Positions 11,456 through 24,596 of a DNA stretch of 64,000 bases are shown piece after piece. The notes under the pieces are model-generated. The model made no database searches. It was not told the origin of the DNA and saw only the letters and a list, made by a program, of their open reading frames with translations. The DNA is from Camelus dromedarius. Its lineage: Eukaryota. The DNA lies in assembly GCF_036321535.1 (NCBI RefSeq), contig NC_087436.1, positions 77,440,001 through 77,504,000 of the forward strand, written 5' to 3'. How positions within the stretch are numbered: position 1 is the first letter of the stretch; the number at the start of each line of letters is the position of its first letter. The translations under genes were made by a program, and so were the position numbers.

Positions 11456-14400
11456 ACTGAAAACATTTTCTATTAAAATAGGCACTGTATCCATCAGTTT
11501 GTTATAAGCATACTGTGGAGTCCTACAATGTTCTCCAAGTCAATTATAAAAATAAAATTTAGCAAGTAGCAGAACACTATATGAATTATGATCTCAGTTT
11601 GCAATGTTGCAACAATCTCAATGTTTGCAACATTGTGTACAGTACAGATGTATAAATATAAATGCACAGGTAAAGAGTTAAAAAGGTATACATCGAATTC
11701 TTAGCAATGGCTCCCTCTGAGGTAGGAATTGGACTAGGTTTGGGTGTGGGGATGGAAAACTGCAGTGAATACTTTTTACCAATATAATATTTTTTACAAT
11801 ACTTATAAAATTAAAATTAAGAAATATTTTACTACTTTCCAAAGATAATTCTATCAATAAAAAACCTTTTAAATTCAGATAATTATTACATATGTAATCA
11901 TAAAATGCCTATCTGACAAACCATTTCTGAAGAGCCACTTGTAAAGTCAATGAATTAGTACAGTACATCAGAATTAGAGATAGGGTTTAAAGGAAAAAAA
12001 GACACCCTCTTTGTAATAATAATTCATATAAACATATGCAAAATTTCTACAGGAGCAACTCACTCTGCAAATGATTTGTGAATGATTGTGGTTAAGATTC
12101 TTCCAAATTTAGAATCAACATGTAAACTATAAGAAAGATAAAATAAAATGTAGAATCTACATTAAGTATAGAAAAAAACAGAAAAAATGATCAGTGAACT
12201 TTCAGCAGTAAAGGAAAATGAATCCTTCTAATATAGAAAATGGTGTAATGAGACTATCTCAATTTGAAAGCAGGTATCTTTTAGCACTGTCACTTTTTTT
12301 TCCATTTGCCATATAAATCAAGAAAACTTCTGGTATCAATTTGGTTTCACAAGGAGATTTTTTCCAACTTAGTAGAGAATGTTCTGTCAGCCAAGACAAC
12401 ATTTTTATCCTCTTGTCAGTTATATACCTCAATAAAAGTTAATAAATTGGGGTTTTGATATGTATATCACTTATGAATTGTGTGAATATGAGTCCATTAT
12501 TTCTTCTAGCACTTTTATAGTTTTCCTTTTATATTTTATCTTTAATCTATATGCAATCTATATTGATTTTAGAAAGTAACTATTTTTAAATTTTCTTTTG
12601 TTTGGGTCCAAATAGTTTGTCAATTTTTTCCAATAGCTTTTATTGAGTAAACTGTTATTTCACCACTGTTTTGAAACATTACTTTTTTATATACTAAATT
12701 CTTTTATGTATACTTATGTCTATTATATTATATTCGGTTCCATTGCTCTAGCTGACATCTTAGCTGGTAATAGAATAGTAAAGTTCAGCTGCAGACTTCA
12801 TATGCTTCTCTTTAACATGTCATTAGATTCTCTTACATTCTTACATTCTTTCAAGGACATATAAGGAACTATTGTATGAAGTCATTTTCACCAACCAAAA
12901 AAAAAAACAGGAATCTCAATGTATAATAATTTGCTGAAATTGGGAAAAGCAAATCAAAGAGCTATTAGAACAGAGATTTGGAGAGCCTTGGTTACAGTTT
13001 GACATAAGGAACTGAAAACACTGGGCATATGTATATCAAATCATGTTGTACACCTTAAATACATATAATTTTTATTAAAACAACAACAGCAACAATAATA
13101 ACGACCTAGTAATCCCTGATTTGGGATTGGGAAATACAATACCCATAAAAAAAATCTGTTCCACCAAACCAAACGGTGTTACATACTGTCCTGGAAAATG
13201 GTGGCTGAGGACCCATCCCTCCTCTCTGCTCCTTCCTCTCCCTCAGGCTTCATATTGCCTATTCTGAAATGCTTTTACCCCTCTTTTAAATTTCGGCTTA
13301 TTAGGTCATTATGGTATGATTCAATTAAATTAAATAAAACTCATTCAGTAAAAATCTTGGAAGGAAGGAAGGAAGAAAACACCGTAATTACTGAAGCACA
13401 CTGAAGCAAGAGGTTTTCTCTTAACAGGAAGTGGCCTGTGAGGGTAACCAAAATGCTTTCACTTCACAGTGTCATAAGCCAGGTTGGGAAAGTGTGTGCA
13501 TGTAATTCCGAGTGAGACAGATGACTGCTTAGAAGAACTGGTGGACATGTGCAATATGAGGAGAGCTGGAGGGATATGATTTTCTTTAACTTAAGTATAT
13601 TAGGAAGTCACTGTATATGAAAATGATTTCATGTATGGCAAGAGAGAGCTGAGAATGATAATACTTGAGCAGTCAGTCCTCAGCTAGCAGAAGCAGCTAT
13701 GTAGGATTTGTGAGGGCTTCAAGTAGGCAACAAAAAATTCAGGGAGTAAAAACAAACTTTCTGTGGGCTTCAGAAAAGTCACAGGAGGGTTTTAGAACAG
13801 CCTTGTGTGAAAATACTGACTAAAGGCAAGCCTCACCAGAGAGTGCAAGAACCCAAGACTTAAGTTAGGAGTGTTAAGAGTGTGTTAGTTGAAGGAAGAG
13901 GTCAAATCACCTGGTAGATTTGGGAGACTGTCGAGAGAATGAATTCATACTAATCAACTGACCAAGTTCACAAGAAACAAGTAAGTTTTCAGGTCAAATA
14001 AACCAGGGGGGTGGCCAAAATTAACTTGATGTCTAGACAAGTAAAAATTTAAAAAATAGCTAACTGGTAGAGAGGAGGAAATTGCTGTAACTTATGATCT
14101 CAATAAGAATAAGTAAGGGAGCAACACAATTATTCATTTCCAGGCTACAAGAACAATCTCTGCGAACACTGACCTTTATCATTTCTTTTCTATTTACCTA
14201 AACTGAAAAAATCTATGGGGAAACATCCCAACTCATAAAATCCAAAAAAGCTTCTAGCGTGAGCAAGTCCTGTGAGTGTCAGTATAAAACTGACAAAAGC
14301 AAATACAACAATGTTGTCAACACCAGGCTCCTACTATTTTAGGGACCTTTTAAAAGACTCCATTCTCATGGACAAAGCCTGAGGAGTTTTCCTAAGACTA

Positions 14401-14827
14401 ACTCCAAAGACTAACTAGCCAAAGTTCTTGAGAACCAGCTGAAAATTTTTGGAAAGTACGGTCTTTTCCTCTCTTTCTTTTTTCCCTTAGTTTCTTTCTT
14501 TTATCCCCCCCCCCACTTTTTTTTCTTTTTTGGCCTTCAGACAATTTGAAAAGTGATAAGAGAATTACAGATGAAAGTGGCTGTATAACAGGAGCCAAAA
14601 GAAATATTAGTAATATAATAAAGCTTGAAACAAACGATGCTTCTCTTGACTTCTAAACACTCCCTTAATAGCATGCGGATTTACACTTCAGTAAATTCAC
14701 ATTTTAATAAATATAGACAGGCATGTGACCACTATAACATCTTTATCATTGCACTGAAGATTTATGATATTAGGATGATTTATTCACATATCTCTCTTTC
14801 TAAATAGACTAAAGCCCAGGTATTGAT

Positions 14828-15245
14828 GTGTTCATTGAGTTATTGAACAAATATTTATTGAGATTCTGCTATATGAAAAGACTATTCCAAACCCAGGGGA
14901 TACTAGAGGGAAACAACAAAAAGCTCTGACCTCATGAAACTTAAAATAGACAAGAGATTAGACCAAAGCTAGAGATTAATGAGAACAGAATCAGATCAGG
15001 AGATAAATACCATGGAGATAATAAAGAAATATGCAGCTATACTTTGTAGAACAGGAAATTGGGAGCTGGTGCCTGGTGTGTTTGAGGAGCCTCAAGAAGA
15101 CCATTGTTGATGGAGTAGCCCGGGGCAGAAGAGGGCAGGAGTGAAGAGGTGTGGCTCGGTTTTAGGCAGAGGGGCGATGTGATCTCTGACTCGAGTTTTT
15201 AAAGGATACCTGTGGACACTATGGATCAGTGCAATAGGTGGGCAG
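14828..15245 (-). mobile_element. L2 fragment
   Basis: ttcattgagttattgaacaaatatttattgag...ctctgacctcatgaaactt...gtgcctggtgtgtttgaggagcctcaagaagacc. Confidence 0.6.
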
Positions 15246-16019
15246 AGAGTGGGCTCTCTTTGCATCTCTTTGCCTTGCCTGACACACTGCTTGGCAATGA
15301 GTGAGTAAATGAATGAATGAAGATGTTTATGATAGATTACAGATTTTAAGAATATAATAAATAACAACTTCTCAAATGATATGAGCTGTCATTTGGTATA
15401 ACATAGGTCATTAGGCAGAGAGAAATATTTTAAGCAATTAAACCAATTAAAAGATTCCCAGACTAATAACCCTGAACCACTTTTAACTTTACCACATCCC
15501 TTTAAAGGTAGTGAATAGGGTCTGCAATATTATTGGGGAAGGATGGCATAGATGATCACAGAAGTGATTTATCATAAAACATTATGCTAAGTCTAAGTCA
15601 TTTCCACAAATTAGCAATTCCTTCAGTAGAAATTGTTTTTGCGTGAAACTTGACACACTTTTCGTTGAATGAGCCTAGTAAGTAAACCGGAAACCTTGCC
15701 ATGTATTAAGTGGTATTTGGAAATTCATCATAGAGCAATCTTGATAAGAAAGCTCCATGCTTATTCTTGGGTCATGGAAAATGTAAGTTGAGGAGGAAAA
15801 GGTTTTACATTTTAAAATATGTTTCTTTCTTTTTATTCAACTGTGAGTAATAGATTTGAAAAACAAAATAGTTCAAAATCACATGAATGATTCTTAACTC
15901 CCTTAATAGTAACCCCCCTCCCTCACTTTTGGAAAAAAATTATACAAACAAACTTCTGAAGAAGAGAAATGCCTCAGAACCAGGCAGAGGATGTATTCCT
16001 CTGGTGAAAGCTAAAATGA

Positions 16020-16600
16020 GAAAGCAGCACACCTGCTCCCAGCTGGTCCCTAACCCCCCCCAACTGCCCCCACGTATCTCACACGGCCTCGCCATGTGAA
16101 GTCTCGTCCAAGTCAAACAAGTAGCAATTTTAAAGTAGCACCTAAAGAGGAACTCTGGCAGAGCTTGCCAGCAAAACCCCAGACCCTAAAAGTTCCTGCT
16201 GCACAGGCTTTATTTTCATTTCCTTGACCCATTTGCCGAGAGTTGTTACTGATGGCCCGCTAGGCCTCCCTGAACACAGCACACCAATAATAAACAGAGG
16301 CCAGCTGACACCCAGAGACACCTGCAGAACACTCACAGTGCCGGATTGTTCATCCAAGGGGGAACTTTCGGACCGGGGCTGGATGGGTAGCCATCCATTA
16401 GCTCAGTATACGCACGCGCACGCGAACACACACACACTCACACACGCACGCACGCACACACACACACCCACGAAAGAAGTTTACCAAGGACCCTCCTGAG
16501 GGCCTGCTGGACTGCCCAGACGACTAATAGAAAAGAACCGCTGGCTGTGGGGAGCGGTGTGTGAAAAGGCCTCTGTATGCAGTCATCCCCTTGTATCCCA
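16020..16600. promoter_or_regulatory. CpG/GC-enriched, repeat-free promoter- or enhancer-like block
   Basis: Clear local excess of CpG and GC over the AT-rich background; E-boxes (cacctg, cagctg), a CCAAT, a C-rich tract, and a minus-strand donor ACT|gtgagt at 16337/16336. Confidence 0.5.
16406..16467. repeat. compound (CG/CA)n alternating purine-pyrimidine tract
   Basis: gtatacgcacgcgcacgcgaacacacacacactcacacacgcacgcacgcacacacacacac. Confidence 0.9.
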
Positions 16601-18299
16601 AGCACTTGGACTTGCTGAAATTAATTTTGTAAAAGTTTGGTAGAAACTGCACGCAAGCATGTGCACAAAGACTTTAAGGCATGGAACTTATTATTCCACT
16701 TTCTCAGGATCCAACTTCTTATTTATTCATAAATTACATATTTGCCAAGGAAAATACTTTGTTGAAGGTCTGATCAAGCAGGTGCATTCAAGTAACCTGA
16801 AAAGCCTTCACTAACATTTGAAAACTTTTCAGAACTGGGTTTCTTGGAATTGACAATAAAGGTCTTTTTTCCTTCCATGAATTCAAGTTTGAAATACTTT
16901 TCTAAATAATTCAGAAAATATGATTTAAGTTGGTAATGAATCAGTAGGAATATATGTAATAACATTCATCGTGTTATGAAAGAAACTTATTTCAAATATA
17001 TTTAAACACAATAATTAACATCTTTAAGGAGCCTGTTTGGTATTTTAAATATTTAGTACACTCAGTGTTTTTGATTAATGCTTATTCATGACAGGAGAAA
17101 TAAAGGAAAGCTGATTTTTATAACTTTGTGGCTTCAAAAACCTAAGGTTCGATTCACTTATAATATTTTTGAACTGGAGAAGATTTATGAGAGGGCATAA
17201 GAATAGAAAAATACTGAACCCAAAAATGTATCATAACATAATCAAGGGCCGCATAAGAAGGGGAACAGAGTTAGCATGGAAGCTAGATTTCAAACCTCTA
17301 ATGCAGTATGCAGAATGCTCTTTCTACAATATAGTTCATCCTATCTTGTACATGTCTTCCTTCTGTATTCATCAATGATAAAGAAATCTGTCAAAAAAAA
17401 TGACTAAACAAATTGAGTCCTACCTCTGAAATTGTTTAGGGACTTTAACAACTTGAAATCTTTTGGTTTTGTCTCATTTTTTTCTCATTAACAACGTGCA
17501 TCTTTCTGATGGTCTTTAAAATCACTTACATCAATCTTAGGAATAGTCCAAACCATTCTTGGACAGGAGAGAACACACCAGCTGTGGTTTAAGCAGCAAT
17601 GCAGCTGTAGAAAGTATGTGAGCAAAACCTGAAGCTGGAGAAAAGCCAGTTTGCCTTAAAAAATTCCACCTGGACCTACTTAGCACCTCCTTCCTTGCCC
17701 TAACCCTAAACACATGCCCTTGGACTCCTCAGGGACAGGAGTGAAACCTGGAGAGAGCAAGAGGCTTAGTATTAGTTTGTGTTGGCAAGATTGTTCCAGG
17801 GCCCTTCTATTTCCTGCTTCCCATACCTCTCCTCTTTGCTGCAACAGACAACTGAAACTCAGTATAGACAGCAGTCACTGCTATATATTAATAAATCAGA
17901 AACTATAGCAATTCCTCCATATTGTCTTATTGTTTTTTTACTAAAGAAATCCAAGGGATATACTAGACACCTTCTTTCATTGCATGTAACCAGGAACAAT
18001 TTAAATAGTAAATAACTGGGCTGGTACAATCCTTATATAGGTATGTTGTTTCAGCTCTTAAGAAAAAATTTCCATGTTCATATTCTTCAGAGCGCTTATT
18101 CTTAGAGACACCACTTTTATAAATCCAGCAGCTAAAATACAGGTATTAAAGTTCCTTTAGAAAATTCAAGAAATGTATTATGCCTTTGTTTACTCATTCA
18201 TTCATTTGTTCAACAAATACTAACTACTATAGGTTACACTGACTGCATATATCTGTTTTATGCCTGGTAGCAGGTTAAAGTAAGCTGCATAGATTATAA

Positions 18300-18450
18300 C
18301 ATTTAAGCGTTGCAGCAATGCATAAAGTAAGTATTACCATTATCTCCCTTTTCTAGATAAGGAAACTGAAATTCAAAGAGATTAAGTAACTTGCCCATGG
18401 TTACCCACCCAGCTAAGAAGTTATAGAATTAATATTTGAATAGAGTCACT
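18300..18450 (-). mobile_element. MIR SINE
   Basis: attatctcccttttctagataaggaaactgaaattcaaagagattaagtaacttgcccatggttac is the MIR core in reverse orientation. Confidence 0.8.
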
Positions 18451-18658
18451 TGCAAAAATGTTAATTATAGGCTCTAGACACCAAGTGTATTAGGGTTCAC
18501 TATATAATTATTTTACCATTTATGCATGTTTGTAAATTTTCATAATAAAATGTCAAGGGTAAAATCACTTTCATTTTCATTTCCATGAAGCTTTAATTGA
18601 TGTATCATATCATGACTTATTCAGTATTTATTTGAAGCCACATCATAAACACTAATGC

Positions 18659-20445
18659 AAAATTAAAACATTCCCAGATAAGCAAAGCTGAGGAAGTTCA
18701 TTACCACTAGACCTGCCCTGCAACAAATGCTTAGCCATCCTGCAAGTTACTAGACAGTGATTTGGAGCCATATGAAGAAATAAAGTTCTCAGTAAGGGTA
18801 ATTCACCATATGAAAATTGGTTAATGTGATACACCACACTAACAGAATGGAGGGAAAAAAATACTACATGATCATCTTGATTGATGCAGAAAAAGCATTT
18901 GACAAAAGTCAACATTCTTTTATTATAAAAACACTCAAGCTAAGAGTATATGGAAACAACCTCAACATAATAAAAGCCATATATGACAAACCCACAGTGG
19001 ACATCACACTCAATGGTGAAAGGCTGGAAGCTTTTCCTCTAATAATAGGAAAAAAATAAGAGTGCCCACTCTTACCACTCCTATTCAGCATAGTATTACA
19101 AATCCTACCGAAAACAATTAGGCAAGAAAAAGAAATAAAAGGCACCCATATTGGAAAGGAAGAAGTAAAATTATCCCTGATCACAAATGATACGATCTTG
19201 TATGTAGAAAACCCTAAAGATTCCACAAAAAACTCTTATAACTAATAAATAAATTTAGCAAAAGATCAGATACAAAGTCAACCACAAAACCCAATCACAT
19301 TTCTATATTCTAATAATGAACAATCTGAAAAGGAAGTTAAGAAAACAATTTAATTTACAATACCATCACAAAGAATAAAATACTTTGAAATTAACTTAAA
19401 GAGGTGAAAAATTGTACACTGGAAACTAAAACATTGCTGAAAGAAGCTAAAGAAGACATAAATAAATAGAAACACATTCCATGTTCATGGATTAGAAGAT
19501 TTAATATTGTTAAAACATCCATACTACCACAAGTGATCTACTGATTTTATGCAATCCCCATAAAAATCCCAATGAAGTTTTTTAAAGAAACAGAAAAATC
19601 CATCCTAAAATTCATATGGAATCTGAGGGTCCTCAAATAGCCAAAACAATCTTAAAAAAGAATGATGTTGGAAAACTCTCTGATTTCAAAACTTACTATA
19701 AAGCTATAGTAATCAAACAGTGTAATACAAAGACAGACTGACCAATGGAATAGAACAGAGAGCCCAGAAATAACCCTTCACATATTAAGTCAAATGATTT
19801 TCAACAAGGATGCCAAGACCATTCAGTGGGGAAAAGGACAATTTTCAATAAATGGTACTGGTGAAACTGGATGTCCACATGCAAAAGAATGAAATTAGAC
19901 CCTTACTTACCACCATATACAAAAATTAACTCAAAATGGATTAAAGACCTCAATGTAAGAGCTGAAACTATAAAACTCTCAGAAGAAAACTTAGGACAAA
20001 AGCCCTATGACATTAGATCTAGCAATGATTTTTTGGATATGACACTAAAGGCATAGACAACAAAAGAAAAAAAATAGCCAAATTGGATTTCATAAAAAAT
20101 TTTAAGTTTTGTTTATCAAAAAATTCTATCAACAGAATTAAAAAGGCAATCTACAGAATGAGAGAAAGTATTTGCAATTCACATATTTGATAAGGGATTA
20201 ATAACCAGAATATATAGAGAGCTCCTAAAATTCAACAACAATAAACAAAAACCAGATTCAAAAATCAGCAAAAGACTTGAATAGACATTTCTCCAAAGAA
20301 GATACACAAATGACCAATAAGCACATGAAAAAAATGCTCAACATCATTAAATTAGGGAGCTGCAAATCAAGACCGTGGTGAGATACCATCTCACACCATT
20401 AGGATAGCTACTATCAAAAAAAAAAAAAAAACAGAAAATAACAAT
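18659..20445 (+). mobile_element. old L1 (L1MB-like) fragment: ORF1 end fused to ORF2 RT/C-terminal region
   Basis: Degenerate ORF2 peptides [47 protein letters not shown]; the 5' part resembles the ORF1 C-terminus (cccagataagcaaagctgaggaagttcattaccactagacctgccctg). Confidence 0.9.
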
Positions 20446-20999
20446 TTAAAAAATTGAAAATAAATACAGACACTAAAATGCATAGTCATCCAGCTATTCC
20501 AGAACATCCTTATTTTATTTTTATAGATTGTCATCAAATTTTTTTAAATGTTAGATTTCCAGTTGTCAAATAAGGCATGTGAAGACCATCCAGACTCCCA
20601 CATCCCAGCATGAAAAGCACTCACATGATTACATAATCACAATAAAATATCATGTGTATTATGGAGAGGACAAATACATAGAAAAGTGATCAAGCCTAGT
20701 CAAAAGGAAGGATAACATTCCAAAGGATGGAAGGTAAGATGAGGAGAGATGTGTTTTAAGCAGAGGAAATATGTGTAGTTAGGCCCAGAAGCAAAAGAAA
20801 GTCTAGCACAATCCAAGAATAAAAAGTGTTCAGTATGGCTGGAAACTATGGTAGTCATCCAGGTAAGAGATGGTATTGCATGGAATAGGGTAGTTGCAAC
20901 AAGAATGGATACAAATGGACAATACTCAAGCTAATTAAAAAGTGAAAGAATCAGAAATTGGTGACTATGAGAAGAACAAGGAGCTAAAAATGATAATAA

Positions 21000-21210
21000 C
21001 AGCTGACTTTAAAAAAAAAAAAGCTCATCATGACCCAGGCATTGTATTAAGCACTTTACATAAACCATCTCATTTAATTCTCACAATAATCTGCCAGGTA
21101 TTTACTATTTTAGAAATGCTGGCTAACATCCAGTGTTGCACAGATTGAAAATAGCAGTAGGGCTGCAATCAAGGACTATTCACTCCCAAACTCATGCTCA
21201 TAACCACTAT
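21000..21210 (-). mobile_element. MIR SINE within an L2 fragment
   Basis: ccaggcattgtattaagcactttacataaaccatctcatttaattctcacaataatct. Confidence 0.65.
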
Positions 21211-21462
21211 CTAGATAGTCTGTCTTCGGCTGGGTAGGTGGTATAGCCATTTACTGAAGAATAATGGGAGAGGATGTGTTAGGGAAGGAGATCAAGATAA
21301 TGAATATTTTTAAACACCCTAATGGAAATGGACATTATGTATTATTTATTGGTTTCATGATCTAAATATCAAAAGAAGTTTTACTGTTTATCTTAAGTTA
21401 AATAGGTCAAATATTAAAAGCATTTAATAATAAACAGCAAATGAAGTTAGTTCTATTCACCC

Positions 21463-21790
21463 CAGTGTTTCTCAGTCTAGCTACATGTCAGAAACACTCT
21501 TAGAATTTTTTAAGTCAAGGCATGTCTGGACTTCACCCCATGGAATAAATACATGGAGAGGTAGCTGTATTTCTCTAAAACTTCTCAGAGATGCCCGTGC
21601 TGAGAGCCACCATTGTATATGGTTTATGGCAGTGTTTTTCAAAGTGGGAGAGCTAGACTGTTGGCATTAGGAATTCGGGAGTACTTATTAAACATACAAA
21701 TTCTAGGTCTCTTCCCGTGCTTCTAAATAGAATCTTTGGGAGTGTGTTCCAAAAACTGCATTTTAATTGGCTTCTCAGTTATGTGTGGTA
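21463..21790. mobile_element. two adjacent MER5-family (hAT-Charlie) MITEs, 21463-21615 and 21630-~21790
   Basis: Each begins cagtgtttctca / cagtgtttttcaaagtg (MER5 TIR); the first ends tgagagccaccattg; internal ...aaattctagg...gaatctttggg...ctgcattttaa. Confidence 0.65.
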
Positions 21791-22294
21791 TTTATCTGCA
21801 TTCATATTATAGAGGTATTTATTAATAATAAAAGGTATACCATTAATCTTCCAAATGTGTAATGCTGATAAGTGTATATTGAAGACATACCATTTTAGCA
21901 TCTAATAAATTTATGTTCCTTTTTCTTAAACTGTTTAAAAATATAATATTTCATTTCCCATCATTCCTGAATTGGTTCCTATTGTACGAAAGAAAGAACA
22001 CAAATCCTTGAATCAGCAAGGACTGGTGCTCGATAATGGTGTTCCAAATAATTTTGCATATCAGAACTGTACTGTGCCCATTCATAATAAATCTAGGCCA
22101 AAGCAAGGTTATGGGAGCTGTTTCCAAATAAAGTTTTCACAGAAAACATTTTCAGATTTGTTTTCCTGTGTCAGAACAATGAGCGCAATATGAATGGATT
22201 TTTACTCCTCTGATGCTCCAAAGTATTGGTTGTTTAATAATGCTCGTGGACTTTTGAGTCTCCCCAGTAGCTGGCCTCCCATGTTCTGTTAGTT

Positions 22295-22385
22295 AGGGTG
22301 GTCATGAACAGTGATGCAGAATGTGCACAGCACAACTCCAGGGGGCGTCATCCATATTATGGTCTATGATGGTGCCAACTCCCAA
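22295..22385. mobile_element. MER91 (hAT-Tip100) MITE fragment
   Basis: tgtgcacagcacaactccagggggcgtcatccatattatggtctatgatggtgcc matches the MER91 arm and centre as remembered. Confidence 0.7.
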
Positions 22386-24384
22386 CGGCAGGAATTATAC
22401 CCCAAGGGAATTCTTAAATTCTAAATTAAGTCTTATTTTACTACCTTCTATTACATCTCATTGGAAATTATATCCTTTACTTGAAATGGTACATGTACAT
22501 TGTTGACTAAAATAACTTGAAAGCACATTGGTAAATGAAGGAAAGCAAGGCAAGTACTCACCAAAGATAACGTCATTGATAATTTGGTTTTTAAAAAAAG
22601 TGATGAAGATTGTAGCAGCTAGTCACAAAAAATGTTTATACAATTTTCAAAAATACTAAATTTTAAAGTTCTGATTTTTCCTTAATGTAGCTTTAATTTA
22701 AAATGCAAAGATTTAAGATTGTTTATTTTAATCTTGACTGTTTAAGTAAACAATAAAACGCTTTTTAATTCATTCCCAAGGCTATAGTTTGTTATCACAA
22801 AAGCTGAAGTCCCACTTAGAGAATGTGTTATTCTATTACAGAAATACCTGTTAATGATTAAGTAAATGTTTTTATCAGTTTCTAGTATAGAAATTTTCAC
22901 TTTACATTTGCATTAGAAGCAAGATAATACATCAAAAAATTTCAAGAACTTTGACATGATTGTTACCATTTAGGGATATCTAGTTTAAAACAAAAATGTG
23001 TACTCAGAAAAATCAGGTGTTTCTCTTTTACTTTTGATTTATTTTGCTTTTTTTAATCTTCTAAATCCAAGTATTATAAAAGAGTCTAAATGTGAAATAT
23101 TCATAACTAGAAAAGAGTACTATACTTTAACTTTTAAAAGTTTATAGTAATTATATTTTCTTAGCCATATATTTTAATTATATTTTACTTTACTCAATCA
23201 GTATGTGATTATGCAAACAGATTTTGCAGTATTTACTGAACATAGTAACCAAAAGTAGGTCAAATATTTCAGATAATAAAAGGCACAGTTTATAAGCCCA
23301 TAAACCTATTTTATGAAGTACTATCATTTTAATTTCAGTGTTCTAGTGAAGACAAATATATTAATGATCTTGAACCTGAAAAATATATTGAATATTGATA
23401 ATTAAAATCCACACTTGCTTATTTGAGAACTGAGAACCCATGAGACCTTCCTAATACTCATCCCACTTGCCTCCCCAGCTACGTGCTTCATTATTCAGTT
23501 ATAGCATTCTCAACAGTTCTATGAGGAGAGAGAGAAATACCATGTACTAGACCTACTATGTGCCACATAATGTGTGAGGCAGATGCTTTTATGAAATCAG
23601 GAGGGAAGGAGAAGAGACAAAACATAAATGAGACAATTTTTTCACCACTTGATGGTTCCAATAAGCTTGACATTATTGATCAAAAGTATTTTCAAGGATT
23701 TTTCTCTATATTTCATACATCCATTCTGATTCTCCCCCAATATTATTACTGCTTGGTTATTGGAGATATTTTAATGAATAAGTAATTTCAAATGCAAGCA
23801 AACAGTAGAACCTACCCTGCATGGAAAACTGTTTACCAAAGTAAGCATAGTCTAATGAAGGTAAATGCCTCCTTTGTAGATGTGAAATAACATTTGGTCT
23901 CTTTAGCATTAACGTTATTCCTACAATGATACACAGGGCAACTCCATATTAACCTTCTCAGTGACATCCAGGGATTAATTTTTGGCGCAGAGAAGAGTAA
24001 GAAATGGAAGCTGGTAGAGAACATCCCAAATTAGTGGTATATTAGAGAGTAGATAGAAGTGATAAGTCTGCAAGTTCACAGGAAGAAGGGGAAAAGGTAA
24101 AGCTCTTTTAGTCATTTCAGGTAGGAAATAGTTGCTGTTTGCTAACTGTGTGTGCATCTAAAAAAGCAGAATGCTCAGTTTTTTGGTTTTCTGGTTTTTG
24201 CTTTCTCTGTTTTTCCTCAAAGTGATGTATATTCCCAGTTCATTCACATTACCTACCACTCAATAAATATTTTCTGAATGGATGAACTAGTGAGTATTTC
24301 TAACAGTCACTTGTGATTAAAGACACTGGACGATGCCAAGTGAGTGAAAGTTGTTCTGAAGTGATCAGGGGCCAGATATGCAAG

Positions 24385-24515
24385 AAAGGCATATCCTCAT
24401 CTGCGAAGTGCCTGCCTATTCATGGGTTGCTATGAGGATTATTTGAGACCACAAGGCCCTTGAGAGAGTGCCAGGCATCAAATAAGCCCTAATGGTTGCT
24501 AGTATCATTATGTTG
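24385..24515 (+). mobile_element. MIR SINE 3' part
   Basis: tcctcatctgcgaagtg...gggttgctatgaggatta...agtgccaggcatcaaataagccctaatgg. Confidence 0.6.
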
Positions 24516-24596
24516 TTACCAGTGCTACAATAACTGATGCTTTATGTGAGGCCAAAGTGTTTTGGAAGCTTTGAATGTTATGACAAAGAATTTTCA

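Noticed and set aside
13400..14100. Possible ancient LTR-like segment (similar impression at ~5340-5620)
   Set aside because: I could not assign termini or a family with any confidence.
16337..16353. MNNPAL resemblance to the insulin-degrading enzyme N-terminus (and MSLHF at ~2510 to MAPK10)
   Set aside because: Only 5-6 residues match, with no continuing similarity; chance.
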